Positions 18,247 to 30,902 of a stretch of DNA of 64,000 nucleotides are shown piece by piece; the stretch's first letter is position 1, and each line of letters starts with the position of its first letter. This DNA comes from Pirellulales bacterium. GTDB lineage: Bacteria > Planctomycetota > Planctomycetia > Pirellulales > JAICIG01. The translations under genes were made by a program, and so were the position numbers. Below the pieces are notes generated by a model. The model did not search any database. It was given only the letters and a program-made list of their open reading frames with translations, and was not told the DNA's origin. The stretch is taken from positions 96,001-160,000 of the forward strand of contig JBBDYJ010000011.1 of assembly GCA_040901675.1 (NCBI GenBank), written 5' to 3'.

Positions 18247-19414
18247 GGGCCCTCTCCTCGATCTGAACACCATACACCGGCAGCTTGGCTCGGGCCGATA
18301 GCCGCCAGGCGAAAACAGCCAGCCACAGGCCGCCGATGGCCACGGGCGCGGCCACGTGCAGCCAATGCAGTCGGATGCCCTGGGGATGAAATGCCGGCAT
18401 GACCAGCCAGAACAGGTCGACCAGCCGCATGCCCAGCAACACCACGAGCACAGTCGCCAGCCGCGCCGGAGCCCGCTTGGTGCGGCGCGACAATAGCAGC
18501 AGGAAAGGTACCGCAAAGTGAAACACGATCAGGCACCAGGCCAGCAACTGCCAGCCGCCCGCCGTGCGGTTTGCATACCAGGGAGTCTCCTCCGGCAGGT
18601 TCCCGGACCAGATGATCAGGTACTGCATGAACGCCACGTAGGACCAGAACATCACGAAAGCCAATAGCAGATTGCCCAGGTCGTTCAGCCGCTCCGGCGT
18701 CGCCGATTCCGACCAGGGGCGCCGACGGCCCAGCGCGATCACCGTCAACGTGGCGGCCGACATCCCCGCTACCGCCTGCCCGCCGATGAACAGCACTCCG
18801 TACATGCTGGAATACCAGTGCGGCTCCAGCGACATGGCCCAGTCGATCGAGGCAAACGTCACCGTCAGCCCATACAAGATGAGTCCCGGGCCGCTCAACA
18901 ACTGCAGCGGCCGCTGGCGGCGGGCCTCGGCCGGCGCGTCGGTCGTAGCGGACCAGCGGTTCGACCAGAGTGCCAGTGCGCTCCAGATGGCAAAGTACGC
19001 GGCGGCGCGGATGCCGAACGACTCCACGTTCAGATATCGCGATTTGCCGGCCAGCAGCGGATCGGCCTCCACCGCGCCGCTTTGCGCCCAGACATAAAGG
19101 TGCTCCATGCCCAACCAGACGGGCACGAACAACACCGCCAGCAAGGGAAGCGTGGCGGCGCCGCTTTCGACCACGCGGCGAATCACCCGCCCCCAGGCGC
19201 CGCCCGTCAAGTGGTGCAGCATGCTGATGGCCAGGCATCCCAAGGCGATCCCCAGCCAAAACAGGTGAGCGACCAGCCAGGCCGGATAGAACGATTCGGG
19301 TTCGGACCAGGCCCCGAAGGCGCACAGCCCCGCGCCGACCAGGCCCACCAGCAATCCAGCCAGCGCGTAGCCGGCGAGTCCCTGGCGCGTCTCTGTCGAG
19401 TCGGCGTGCGTCAT
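18239..19414 (-). CDS. actF: Alternative complex III membrane subunit F
   Basis: HHLTGGAWG, DWAMSLEPHWYSSMYG, QYLIIWSGNLPEE; multi-TM. Confidence 0.9.
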   Translation of the reverse strand: MTHADSTETRQGLAGYALAGLLVGLVGAGLCAFGAWSEPESFYPAWLVAHLFWLGIALGCLAISMLHHLTGGAWGRVIRRVVESGAATLPLLAVLFVPVWLGMEHLYVWAQSGAVEADPLLAGKSRYLNVESFGIRAAAYFAIWSALALWSNRWSATTDAPAEARRQRPLQLLSGPGLILYGLTVTFASIDWAMSLEPHWYSSMYGVLFIGGQAVAGMSAATLTVIALGRRRPWSESATPERLNDLGNLLLAFVMFWSYVAFMQYLIIWSGNLPEETPWYANRTAGGWQLLAWCLIVFHFAVPFLLLLSRRTKRAPARLATVLVVLLGMRLVDLFWLVMPAFHPQGIRLHWLHVAAPVAIGGLWLAVFAWRLSARAKLPVYGVQIEERAHG

Positions 19415-20031
19415 GGCCCGGCCTCCTCGAGGTGGGCCCGCTCGACGGGCGGCACGTCGTCGAGCGTGGCGTGTTGGCTGAGTTGCAAGGCCCGCAGATA
19501 AGCCACGATCGCCCAGCGGTCGGCCGGCTCGATCTGTGCCGCAAAGCGGGGCATCGCGCCGAAGCCGTTGGTGATCACGTCGAAAAAGTGTCCGGGGGGC
19601 GCCCGCCGCAGCCGCTCGCTGTGATAGGTGGGAGGCGCCCGGAATCCGCGCTGCACGATCATGCCGTCGCCGTCGCCGCTCGGACTGTGGCAAACCGAGC
19701 AAAAGATGGTGAACTCCCGCCGCCCCCGCTCGACTAGCTCGCCGTTCAGCTCGACGGGCAGTTGCCGCACAGATTCTCCACCGACCTTGCCCGTATGAAA
19801 AGCCTGGTCTTCGGCAAGCTGGCCCCGCGCCACCGTGCCCGCCACTAACGGCCGGGCCGACGTGCCGTCCTCGAAGAACGTACTCGGCTCCATGGTTTCG
19901 TAGCGGGGCTGATCGTACATGTCGCGGTGGCAGCCAGGCAGGCCGAGCATGAGCAACATCAGGGCCCCGCAGCCGCCGCGGTGCGGCGGCCGGCCATGGC
20001 CCAGCCGAAGCAGTGATCCGGTTTGTTTCAC
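19411..20031 (-). CDS. actE: Alternative complex III monoheme cytochrome c lipoprotein
   Basis: Lipobox-like LPGC, DMYDQPRY, CSVCH, ITNGFGAM, DRWAIVAY. Confidence 0.9.
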   Translation of the reverse strand: MKQTGSLLRLGHGRPPHRGGCGALMLLMLGLPGCHRDMYDQPRYETMEPSTFFEDGTSARPLVAGTVARGQLAEDQAFHTGKVGGESVRQLPVELNGELVERGRREFTIFCSVCHSPSGDGDGMIVQRGFRAPPTYHSERLRRAPPGHFFDVITNGFGAMPRFAAQIEPADRWAIVAYLRALQLSQHATLDDVPPVERAHLEEAGP

Positions 20032-20566
20032 GGCGGCACCTCGTAGACCGCCCGCGACCCAAGCCGGCGAAGGAACTCGCCGGTCCGCTCGGCGTCGAAC
20101 CGCGGGTCCCTGGCCTCAATGCACAGAAAGAACCGGTCGCGGCTGGCCAGCTTGAACTCAGACACGTTGAACAAAGGATGATACGGCATCGGCAACCCGT
20201 TCAAGGCCAGCATGCCCAGCACCGTGAAAAACGCCGCGCCCAGCACGGTCAGCTCGAACGTGACCGGGATGAAGGCCGGCCAACTGTGCAGCGGCCGGCC
20301 GCCGACGTTCAGCGGATAGTCGAGCACCGAGGCGTAGTACTGCAATGCGTATCCCGTCAATCCACCCAGCACCCCGCCCAGCAGCGTCAACAGCGGCAGC
20401 CGCGTGGTGTGATGCCCCAGTGCTTCGGCGAGCCCTTCCATCGGTATCGGCGTGTAAGCCTCGATCCGCCGGTAGCCTTCCGCGTGCGTTCTCTTGGCGG
20501 CCTCGAACAGATCCTCTGGCTTGTCGAACTCGGCCAGCAAGCCGTACAGGGCGACATCTTGACTGC

Positions 20567-20570
<4 letters not shown>
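20028..20570 (-). CDS. actD: Alternative complex III subunit D (DUF3341)
   Basis: YGLLAEF, YTPIP, YPLNVGGRP, FIPVTFELTVL. Confidence 0.9.
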
Positions 20571-21963
<1,393 letters not shown>

Positions 21964-21967
<4 letters not shown>

Positions 21968-24900
21968 GTGCCGGTCCTTTCCCCTTCCTGGTCTCGCTCC
22001 CCGCGCTGCGCCCCCGCAATCGGCGCCGCGCCCAGGCGCGGGTGCCGATTCACCAGTCGCGCCAGATACGTCGTGCGCGGCTGCGTGCCCAACTCGTCCA
22101 ACAGCGCGTAATTGAGCGGCAGTTCCTTCAGCGCGCGGACCCGGCTCGTGCCATCGTTGATATTGCCGAAAACGATGGCCTGCGTGGGGCAGGCGGCCTG
22201 GCAAGCGGTCACCACCTCGCCGTCGCGGATCGCCCGGTTTTCCTTTTTGGCGTCGATTCGGGCCGCGCTGATCCGCTGCACGCAATAAGTGCACTTTTCC
22301 ATCACGCCGCGGCTGCGGACCGTGACGTCGGGATTGCGCAGCAGCTTGAGCACCTCCGTCTTTTCATCCACGTATTGCAGGTAGTTGAACCGTCTGACTT
22401 TGTAGGGGCAGTTGTTCGAGCAGTACCGCGTACCGACGCAGCGGTTGTAAATCATCTCGTTCAGACCTTCGTGGTCGTGCACGGTCGCCGCCACCGGGCA
22501 GACCACCTCGCACGGCGCTTTCTCGCAGTGCATGCAGAGCATCGGCTGAAAAAAAGTCTGCGGATTGCCCAGCAAGCCCGCCACGTCGTCCCCTTCGCCT
22601 TCGTAGTAGCGGTCGATCCGCAGCCAGTGCATCTCGCGGCCCCGGCCGACCTGCTCCTTGCCCACGATGGGGATGTTGTTCTCGGCCTGGCATGCCACCA
22701 CGCAGGCATTGCAGCCGATGCAGGCCGTCTGGTCGATCACCATCCCCCAGGCGTTCCCCTCGTACGGGTATTCCGGATACAACGAGACCGGCTCGTGCCC
22801 GCCGTGCGCCGCCGGTCCGTGCCCCGCTTGGGCAGCCGGGCCGCCCCCCGCATCCCCGCCGCCAGCATCGCCATTGGGCTGGCGGTGTCCCGCCTGCCTC
22901 TCGTATTGGTCCCAGGCGGCGACGCGCACCAGGTCGCGTCCTTCCATCGACCAGTGGTCCTGCGTCGTGACCAACGGATAGCGCCGGCGTGTCTTCTTCA
23001 ACCGCCCCCGGGCGGTCCAGGGCTGATCCGATACTCGAATCGCATAGCCGTTGAAGCCCAGCCCCTCCCCAACCCGCCCCGTGCGCCAGCGTCCATACCC
23101 CAACGGCACCGTGACCGTGTCGTCGGCCTGGCCCGGCATGATCCAGACGGGCGCATCGACCGTGTGCTTGCCGACGTGTAACTCCACGACGTCTTCGTTG
23201 GCCACCCCCAGCCGCTGAGCAGTCGCCTGGCTGATCAGGGCCGCATTGTCCCAACACAGCTTGGTCAGCGGCTTGGGCAGTTCCTGCAGCCAGCCGTTGT
23301 TTGCGAAGCGCCCGTCGAAGATCGTCGGATCGCGGCGGAAAACGATCTCCACCGGCTCGCCGTCGCCGGCCTGGTCCTCGCGGAGCGCATCGTCCATGGT
23401 CCCGCTTGCAGGCGACCACTGCACCTGCCGCACCTCCGCGGCCGTTCCGGGCACGATGCCGTCGTGCAGGGCCTTGCGCCATGCCGCGCCCGGCTCCTGG
23501 GACTCCAGCCGCTCTTGCCAGTGCTGCTCGACGATCTCAAAGCTCGTTCGCTGCGCCTCGCCCGACAGCGCGGCCACCACCTCGTGCGCCGTCTTGCCGC
23601 CGTACAACGGGGCGATCAACGGTTGCAGGATCGTGGCGGTGCCGTCGTGCGCCCGGGCGTCGCTCCATGATTCCAGCTCGTGGGCCGCCGGAATGTGCCA
23701 GTGCGACAGGAACGAAGTCTCGTCGTAGTAGTCCGACAGGTGGATGCAAAGTCTCACCCGCGACAGGTTATCGGCAAACTCCAGGTCGGCCGGAGCCGTG
23801 TAGACCGGGTTGCCTCCCAGGATCACCAGCAGCTCGACTTCGGAGCTCCGCATCCGGCGCACCAGGTCGGCCAGCGAGGCGCGCTGGTCCCTCGGCCGGG
23901 CCTCGACCGGCTCGATGTATTCGACCGTCCGGCCGACGTTGCCCAGGGCGCCGTTGATGGCATGAGCCACGGCGTGCACGCCGGGCGGCTGCCCCTCCCC
24001 CGCCAGGATGAGGCCGGCTCCCCGCTGGCCCGACAGATCCTCCGCCACCGCCGCAAGCCACCTGTCCCAAACCCCCTCGGCTGCTTCGCCGGCCCCGTCG
24101 AATCCCTCGACGCCCAAGCGGGCCGCCACCGCGCGGGCCATCGACTCGATCCTTCCGCCGGACAACGGTAGCCGATGGTCCGCCATGGCGCCGGTGAGCG
24201 ACGGCGTCGGCTCGACGACGTACAAGCGATTCATCGGCGCGCCGGCCCCTGGCTTGTGCGCCGCCTCCCGGCGCGTCTGCATGAAATCGCGCGCGTAACG
24301 CAGGCTGCCGTGCATCCCGGCCAGAAAGTCGGCGTCGAGCGACAGAACGACCCGGGCGCGGTCGAAGTGATAGAGCATGTCGACGTCGGAATCGAATGCC
24401 AGCCGCGCGCCGGCCCGGATGTTGTCCGGGCCTAAAGGTTCGTACTGGTGCCACTCGGCGGCCGGAAATCGCCCCAGCAGCCTCTGGATCTGGTCGGCCA
24501 GCGTGGGCGACGTGACCGTCCCGGTCAGAAGGTGCAGCCCCTTCCCCTGCCGGTTGACCAAGCCGGGCAGCTCCGCCGCCAGCGTGGTCAGAAACCGGTC
24601 CCAGGTATCGATCCGGCCGCGGAACATCACCGTCTGCGACCGGTCCGGGTCGTACAACGACAGGATCGAAGCTTGTGCAAAGGCGTCGGTCGCCCCGCGG
24701 CTGGCCGGATGTTCGCCGTTGCCTTCGATCTTGGTGGGCCGGCCCATGTGGCTTTCGACCAGCACGCCCCTGGCATAGCCCCCCAGCGTCGTCGCCGTGG
24801 CAAAGAACAACGGTTTGCCCGGCACGGCCTGCTCCGGCGAACGGACATAAGGCACGATCGTTTCGGCCGGTTCGCGCACGCACCCCGTGGCGCCGGCGAG

Positions 24901-25137
24901 TGCCAACGAGGCGGCCATGAGCTTCAGAAAATTCCGCCTGCCCGAGACATCGTGCCACTCGGAGGCGTGCCGGGGAAACTCGCGCTCGACAAAGCTGCGG
25001 AACTCCGGCGTCGCGGCAAGCTGCTCGAGGCTCCGCCAGTATGCCCGGTTTCCTGGTGCCAGGCCGCCGGCCGCCTCGCCCGCTCGGGCGAGCGGCGCGG
25101 GTGCGCGTGGATCGCGGCGTGTCGGGTCGAGCGTCAT
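21964..25137 (-). CDS. actB: Alternative complex III subunit B (TAT-variant molybdopterin-like + Fe-S fusion)
   Basis: YWRSLE, GRRNFLKLM, GRPTKIEGN, Fe-S motifs CIGCNAC, CMHCEKAPC, CVGTRYC, EKCTYC. Confidence 0.93.
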
Positions 25138-25778
25138 CGGTGGCAAATCCAGCAGTCGCTGAGTTGCTCTTTCTTGATGCCAAATTGGCGGACCAGATCG
25201 TCGCCGTCGGCGTGCGGCTGCCCGCCGAAATGATAGATCTGATCCAGTGGGCGGACAAAAGTCTGGGGCTGCCGGTGACAGTCGAGGCACCACTCCATGT
25301 GCAACGAGGCGGCCTTGCGCATCAGCGGCATCTGATCGACGCGGCCATGGCAGCTCTCGCAGCCGATTCCCTTGGCCACGTGAATCCCATGATTGAAGTA
25401 GACGAAGTCGGGCAAGTCGTGAACGCGGGTCCAGGCCAGCGGCCGGCCGGTGCGGAAGCTTTCGCGCACCGGCGCCAACAACGGGCTGTCGGCCCAGATC
25501 TGCGAGTGGCAGCCCATGCAGACTTCGCTGGCCGGCATGCCGGCGAAGGCGGACTTCTCCACCGACGTATGGCAGTAGCGGCAATCGATGCCCAGCCCGC
25601 GGACATGATGGTCGTGGCTGAAGGGCACGGGCTGGTCACGGACGACGTCGACTCCGGTCGCGTAGGGCGAGCGGATGCCGACGCTCCACAGCCATGCCAG
25701 GGCGGCAAGAATGAACACCCCGCCGAAGATCGTCGCCTTCGAGAAGGTGTTGGTGCTGGGATGAAATAGCTGCGCCAT
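25134..25778 (-). CDS. actA: Alternative complex III pentaheme cytochrome c subunit A
   Basis: Five CxxCH motifs (CRYCH, CMGCH, CESCH, CLDCH, CWICH); QPVPFSH. Confidence 0.93.
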   Translation of the reverse strand: MAQLFHPSTNTFSKATIFGGVFILAALAWLWSVGIRSPYATGVDVVRDQPVPFSHDHHVRGLGIDCRYCHTSVEKSAFAGMPASEVCMGCHSQIWADSPLLAPVRESFRTGRPLAWTRVHDLPDFVYFNHGIHVAKGIGCESCHGRVDQMPLMRKAASLHMEWCLDCHRQPQTFVRPLDQIYHFGGQPHADGDDLVRQFGIKKEQLSDCWICHR

Positions 25779-25931
25779 GGAGACCTTGCCTTGCCGACGG
25801 GCTTCGGGAAGCCATCGACAAAAAAAGCCTCGCTACCCCGAAGAGCGGCAGAGGCCGTCGTTGCCGGCTGTCATTCTACCCATCGCGGGCAGGTCGTGTG
25901 CGGCCATGATAGGGCAGGCGCCGCTTGGCTG

Positions 25932-28112
25932 TCAATCAATCTCGCTCAGTGGATCCACGCGCCGCTTGGCAGCATACAAGTCGCTTACGGGGCGCTGTTT
26001 GCCGAGCGAGTCCAGCCGAGCAAGACCCACCAACTCGCGCAGCACGCGCTCGCCTTTCAGCTTCTCCGGATCGGCGCCCAGTCGATGGGCTTCCTTCAGG
26101 TAGTTGAACGCAACCTCGGCGAGCTCATCCCGGTTGCCCGCGGACTTCGACGAGATCAGCGCCGCATCGAACAGCAGCTCACCGGTCACCGGCCCGACGG
26201 CCAGCGCCAGCATGATATCGGCCTGGGCCCTGGGCTTCACCAGGCGGTCCTCCCGGAGGGAGAGCCGGAATTCGACCATGGCGCGGTTGTGCAGCGCCGC
26301 TTGCAAGGAGGGATCGAGTTGCAAAGCCACGTCGAGCCAGTGCCCCGCCTTGGCCAATTCCGCTTTTCTCATCAAGGCCACGGCGAAATTGTTGAGCAGC
26401 GGTGCGGTGGCGAAGCCCTTTTCAATAGCCTCTGAATAGCTGGCAATCGCCAAAACGTCGTCCGACTCGGCGCGGCACTCGGCAATGCAGGCGAAAACCA
26501 GAGGGTTGGGACGGATCCGGCGGGCCTCATTGTAGTCTTTCAAAGCCTCTCCGTGGTCGCCCATCCCGTGCCACGCGCGGCCGCGGCCGAACCAACCCTC
26601 GTACGAATTCGGGTCATGATCAACCGCCTCCCTGAAGTAATCCTTCGCCTCGGCCAGCTTGCCCGACGCCAGCGCCTGCTGACCCCGCTGGAGCAGCCGC
26701 TCTTCGATGGGCGGAAGACTGGCCAGGCCCACTGCGCCGGCCGCGCCCATCGCCAGCACGCCCGCGACGAGGGCGCTCGACAGCCGGCGATGGGTCCGGG
26801 CCCAGCGGTACGAGCGGCGCCGCCGGCTCAGCGATTGCCGCAGGGCCGCCGCCAGTTGCTCGCCCGACTGCGGACGCTTCTGGGCATCGAACGCCAGGCA
26901 ACCGGCGATCAGCCGGGCCAGCGGCGGATCGACGTCCGGATTCGACACCTCAGCCGGGCCGGCCTCCTGCCGGTTCAGCAGATCGGCGGCCAGCTCCTTG
27001 ATGGGCACCTCGGCGTCCACCTCGCCAAACGGAAAGCTGCCGCACAACATCTCGTATAACACCACTCCCAGCGAGAATAAGTCGTCGCGAGGGTCGGCCT
27101 CCGTGACGCCCTTGAGCGGACGGCCAAGCATCTGGGCCAACGGTCCGGGCGCCATGTACGGCACCGTCCCGCCCATCCGCCGCTCGAGCAACTGTTCGTC
27201 CGGCGAAAGATTGAAGTCCAGCAGCATCGGTTTGCCGTCGGGACTCATCAGCACGTTCGACGGCTTCAGATCGCCGTGGCAAACCCCGCGCGCATGCGTG
27301 TAGTTCAAAGCCTCGGCCAATTGCGCTGCGAGATGGATCACCGCGTCGACATACCCTCGGCGATCGATCAGCGGGTCGCTCGGCAAGGGATCCACCGGCT
27401 GGCAGGCCTCGTTGAAGGCCGCGATCGCCTGCATGATGGCGCGCCCCTTCTGGGGGCGGCCGGTTGGGCCAAAGACGCGGCTCAAGACGTCGGCGAGCGT
27501 GACCTGCCCAAGAAAAGGCATGCAAATCGCCGACAAGTCACTCGAATAGTCGTGCCGGACGGAGTAGACCGGAACAACATTCGGATGCCGCAGCTTGCCG
27601 AGAGTTTCGGCTTCGTCCGCGGCTTCTCGGGAGAACTTCACTGCTACCGGGCGGTTGCCCAAGGCTGGCTCGACCGCCAGGTAGACACGGGCAAACGTGC
27701 CCCGGCCCAACTCCTCCAGCAGGTGGAAGCCCAACAGGGTCTCGCCCACCTCCGGCCACTTGACGACTTCGTCTCCTTCGGCTCCCGGCACAAAATCGGG
27801 GTTCGTCAGCACGAGCCCGTTAACGGACAAAAGCTTGCGGAGGGCGTTCTCGTGTACGCCGAATTGGCGGGAGAACTCGGCGCGGTCGACCGGGGCACCG
27901 GCTTCGATCCGCTGGCTGTACTCCTCGAAAGCTACGTCAAGGATGACGCTGCGGCAGTGACCCACCTCCGGATGCTGCTTTAGCAACTCGTCGGCCGTGA
28001 CTTGCTCGCCGCGCGCCCAGCCGTCCCGCATCCGCTGGATCAACTTTTCCTTCAGGCTCCGTCGACATGGGGCGACTACAGTCTGGGTCGCCCCGCCTGA
28101 ATGGCCGCTCAT
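25932..28112 (-). CDS. Membrane Ser/Thr protein kinase with C-terminal TPR repeats
   Basis: LGRGTFARV, VAVK, HPNVV, HGDLKPSN, DFN, GTVPYMAP, DLFSLG; TM helix then TPR-like helices. Confidence 0.92.
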   Translation of the reverse strand: MSGHSGGATQTVVAPCRRSLKEKLIQRMRDGWARGEQVTADELLKQHPEVGHCRSVILDVAFEEYSQRIEAGAPVDRAEFSRQFGVHENALRKLLSVNGLVLTNPDFVPGAEGDEVVKWPEVGETLLGFHLLEELGRGTFARVYLAVEPALGNRPVAVKFSREAADEAETLGKLRHPNVVPVYSVRHDYSSDLSAICMPFLGQVTLADVLSRVFGPTGRPQKGRAIMQAIAAFNEACQPVDPLPSDPLIDRRGYVDAVIHLAAQLAEALNYTHARGVCHGDLKPSNVLMSPDGKPMLLDFNLSPDEQLLERRMGGTVPYMAPGPLAQMLGRPLKGVTEADPRDDLFSLGVVLYEMLCGSFPFGEVDAEVPIKELAADLLNRQEAGPAEVSNPDVDPPLARLIAGCLAFDAQKRPQSGEQLAAALRQSLSRRRRSYRWARTHRRLSSALVAGVLAMGAAGAVGLASLPPIEERLLQRGQQALASGKLAEAKDYFREAVDHDPNSYEGWFGRGRAWHGMGDHGEALKDYNEARRIRPNPLVFACIAECRAESDDVLAIASYSEAIEKGFATAPLLNNFAVALMRKAELAKAGHWLDVALQLDPSLQAALHNRAMVEFRLSLREDRLVKPRAQADIMLALAVGPVTGELLFDAALISSKSAGNRDELAEVAFNYLKEAHRLGADPEKLKGERVLRELVGLARLDSLGKQRPVSDLYAAKRRVDPLSEID

Positions 28113-28696
28113 GAGTCGTCCTCGGGAAATCGGTGAATCACCCTCTGGACTGTCCGAATATGTAGACCCGTTCGCGCCGCGATTTCCGCCTGCGTCATTC
28201 CTGACCGCCGCAGCCGGAAAATCTCCTGGTAGTGCAGTGGCAGCTTAGCCATCGCGCGGGCCAGAGCTTCGTTGGTGGCCGCCACCTGGCTCGGCGTGGG
28301 CTGGCGGGCAGCCAGTTGGATCGCGTCGTACTCGGCCGATCCATCCAGCGAGCGCTCGCGGTTGACGTTGCATTTTTGAGTCTGGAACAAGCGGCGGAAC
28401 TCCTCGATCACCTTGTTCCTGCCCGCACCGAGCACGTAACGGGCCAGCGACTCCGGCCCGTGCACCCGCTCGAAAAACGCCGGGTCGGAAAAAAATGAAG
28501 TCCACACCGCCTGCGTGAAGTCGGCCGAATCGAACTGGCGCCGCATTTTCTTGTTGAGCATTCGTCGCACCGCACGCTCAACGTATTCTCCGTATTCTGC
28601 CACCAACTGGGTGGCCGCTTCTTGCGAGCCGTTGCGGATCCCCTCCATCAGCTCGGCAAACCTTTTGTCGTTATGCGCAGCCGGATCGTCACTCAT
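28109..28696 (-). CDS. ECF sigma factor (STK-associated)
   Basis: Region 2 (RRQFDSADFTQAVW) and region 4 (LP..YQEIFRLR..GMTQAEIA); ATGA overlap with the kinase. Confidence 0.88.
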   Translation of the reverse strand: MSDDPAAHNDKRFAELMEGIRNGSQEAATQLVAEYGEYVERAVRRMLNKKMRRQFDSADFTQAVWTSFFSDPAFFERVHGPESLARYVLGAGRNKVIEEFRRLFQTQKCNVNRERSLDGSAEYDAIQLAARQPTPSQVAATNEALARAMAKLPLHYQEIFRLRRSGMTQAEIAARTGLHIRTVQRVIHRFPEDDS

Positions 28697-28833
28697 AACC
28701 CAAAATGCTATCACGAGTTCAAGGGAAACCCAAGCGCTTTTCGCCCATTTCGCTTGAGACCCTCGCCCAACATCCTTATATTGATTCAAGTGAGGAATTT
28801 GCCACTGCCACTGCCGTTGGAGGAGCTCTTGCC

Positions 28834-29529
28834 GTGAATCGACTCCTCGCCACCGTTGCCGCTTGCCTCGCCGCCGCCAGCTTGGCTCCCTGGGCCCAAG
28901 CCGAAAATTTGCCCCAGCCCGATCCGGCCGCCCAACGGCAGCCCCCGGATCCCTCGAATTCGCCCCAACCCGCAGAGTCCGTCGAACCGAGGCCCGCCGC
29001 CGAAGCGGCCCGCGAGCTGCGCGCGGCGGTCCAAGACGCTCTGGCGGAATCCGCCTACCTCCGCAAGCCGAACTCCGGCGAAACCCGCCTCCGCGCCCAG
29101 GCCGAACTCCAGTCCCTCGCCCATCGCCTGCTCGATCTGCACGGCCGGCTGGAGCAATCCGCGGCGCTAGCCCCCAGCCAGCGAGCTCGGCTCAGCATCC
29201 ACGTTCGCAACCGGCTCTTGGCCCTGGCCGACGTGCTGGCGCGGCGCGCCGCCGACCCGGCCGCCGCACCGATCGTGTCCTCGGCGCACGACGACGACGA
29301 GACCGGCCAACGGACGCCGCCGGGAGCCGCCGGCGGTGCTGCCCAGCCCGGCGACCTGGGGCTGGAACTGGTGGAATTGATCCAACGCACGGTCGCTCCA
29401 CAAACGTGGGACGTCAACGGCGGCCAGGGAACCATTCGTTACTGGGCGCCGCTGCGCGTCCTGGTGGTCCGCCAGACCGGCGAGGTCCACGGGCAAATCG
29501 GCGGCGTCGTGCGCGGCCTGCGGCGCTAG
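28834..29529 (+). CDS. Secreted hypothetical protein with C-terminal secretin-N-like domain
   Basis: GGAGG RBS, signal peptide ending AQA, C-terminal LIQRTVAPQTWDVNGGQGTI...LVVRQT..VH..I motif. Confidence 0.7.
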   Translation: MNRLLATVAACLAAASLAPWAQAENLPQPDPAAQRQPPDPSNSPQPAESVEPRPAAEAARELRAAVQDALAESAYLRKPNSGETRLRAQAELQSLAHRLLDLHGRLEQSAALAPSQRARLSIHVRNRLLALADVLARRAADPAAAPIVSSAHDDDETGQRTPPGAAGGAAQPGDLGLELVELIQRTVAPQTWDVNGGQGTIRYWAPLRVLVVRQTGEVHGQIGGVVRGLRR

Positions 29530-30902
29530 CGATCGCCCGTGTTGCGCCTCGGGCCGTCCTTGGTATAGAGACACGAAATCGCCAGACCCACGGCAAACAG
29601 GCCGATCGCCCACAGGGCCTCGATCGAGCGCTGGTCGTAGGCGTACTTGCAGCTCGAGTAGAGCATGAACAGCGAGCTGGCGCAGAAAACCAAGGGAGTC
29701 AGCGGATAGCCGGGAACGCGAAAAAAGTCCCTTCGTGACGGTTCCCGCCGTCGCAGCACGAACAACGCCACGCCGACCAGCAGCAGGAACAGCCAGAACA
29801 GCGGCGAGCCGAAGACGACCATTTTCGCGAAGCCGCTCCGTGAGCTGTCCGTCGCTTGAGCAAACCCGATCACCACCGACAGCGTGATCAGCCCCTGCAG
29901 GACCAGCGAACGCAGCGGCGTGGAGAATCGCTTGCTCCAAACGCCCAGCGGGGCGAACAACATGTGGTCGGTCCCCAGCGCGTAGTAAATCCGCGCGCCG
30001 GTAAACACCATGCCGCTGATCGCACCCAACGCCGAGATGCACACCAGCACGCTCACGGCGCGGGCCCCCCAGTCGCCCAGACCCAGCTCGGCCACTTGGG
30101 CGGCCACCGCCCTGGCGTCCTGAGTGCCTCGAAAACCCAGCGCGTATAGGAAGGCCCCGTTGATCAACAGGTAGATGGCCGTCACGGCGGCGGTCCCCAG
30201 CAGCAGGGCCCGCACGATGTTCTTTTCCGGCCGGCGGACCTCAGCGCCCACGTAGGCGATGTCGTTCCATCCGCCATAGGCATACAAGATCAGGATCATG
30301 GCGAATCCCCAGTTCGCCGGGGCAGCGGCAACCGGCTCGACGTTCAGCGGCGCCGGGGATGCGGCAAAAAACCCCACTATGACCACGATCAACAACCCCA
30401 GGACCTTCGTCGCGGTCAGCACGTTTTGCGTCCATTTGCCGGTGGTAACACCCACGATGTTGATCGCCGTCAGTGCGATGACCGAGCCCGCCGCATACAC
30501 CACCTGTCCCCAACCGCTCGGATAAAGCCGGTCGGCGTAATCGGCAAACACGAACGCCATGGCCCCGATCGACCCGGGCCGCACCACCCACAACTCGGAC
30601 CAGGCGAACAGGAATCCCATCCTTCGGCCGAAGGCCCGCGTGAGGAAGACGTAGTCACCCCCTTCGGCCGGATAGGCCGTGCCCAGTTCCGCATAACAAA
30701 GCGAACCGATCAGCGCGAACGCGCCTCCGGCCAGCCATACCCCCAGCAGTGCGGCCGGACCGGTCACCGACCTGGCGATCAGGGGAGAGGCCTCGTAGAT
30801 GCCCACGCCGATGATGATCCCGACGATGATCGACGTGGAGTCGAGCAGCGTGAGCTCCCGCTTCGGGGCGCCGCGCGACTCAACTGGCGGGGGTGCAGGC
30901 AT
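29526..30902 (-). CDS. APC family amino acid permease
   Basis: GIIIGVGIY, YAELG..YP.EGG.Y, YAYGGW, RIYYA; ~12 TM helices. Confidence 0.92.
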   Translation of the reverse strand: MPAPPPVESRGAPKRELTLLDSTSIIVGIIIGVGIYEASPLIARSVTGPAALLGVWLAGGAFALIGSLCYAELGTAYPAEGGDYVFLTRAFGRRMGFLFAWSELWVVRPGSIGAMAFVFADYADRLYPSGWGQVVYAAGSVIALTAINIVGVTTGKWTQNVLTATKVLGLLIVVIVGFFAASPAPLNVEPVAAAPANWGFAMILILYAYGGWNDIAYVGAEVRRPEKNIVRALLLGTAAVTAIYLLINGAFLYALGFRGTQDARAVAAQVAELGLGDWGARAVSVLVCISALGAISGMVFTGARIYYALGTDHMLFAPLGVWSKRFSTPLRSLVLQGLITLSVVIGFAQATDSSRSGFAKMVVFGSPLFWLFLLLVGVALFVLRRREPSRRDFFRVPGYPLTPLVFCASSLFMLYSSCKYAYDQRSIEALWAIGLFAVGLAISCLYTKDGPRRNTGDR

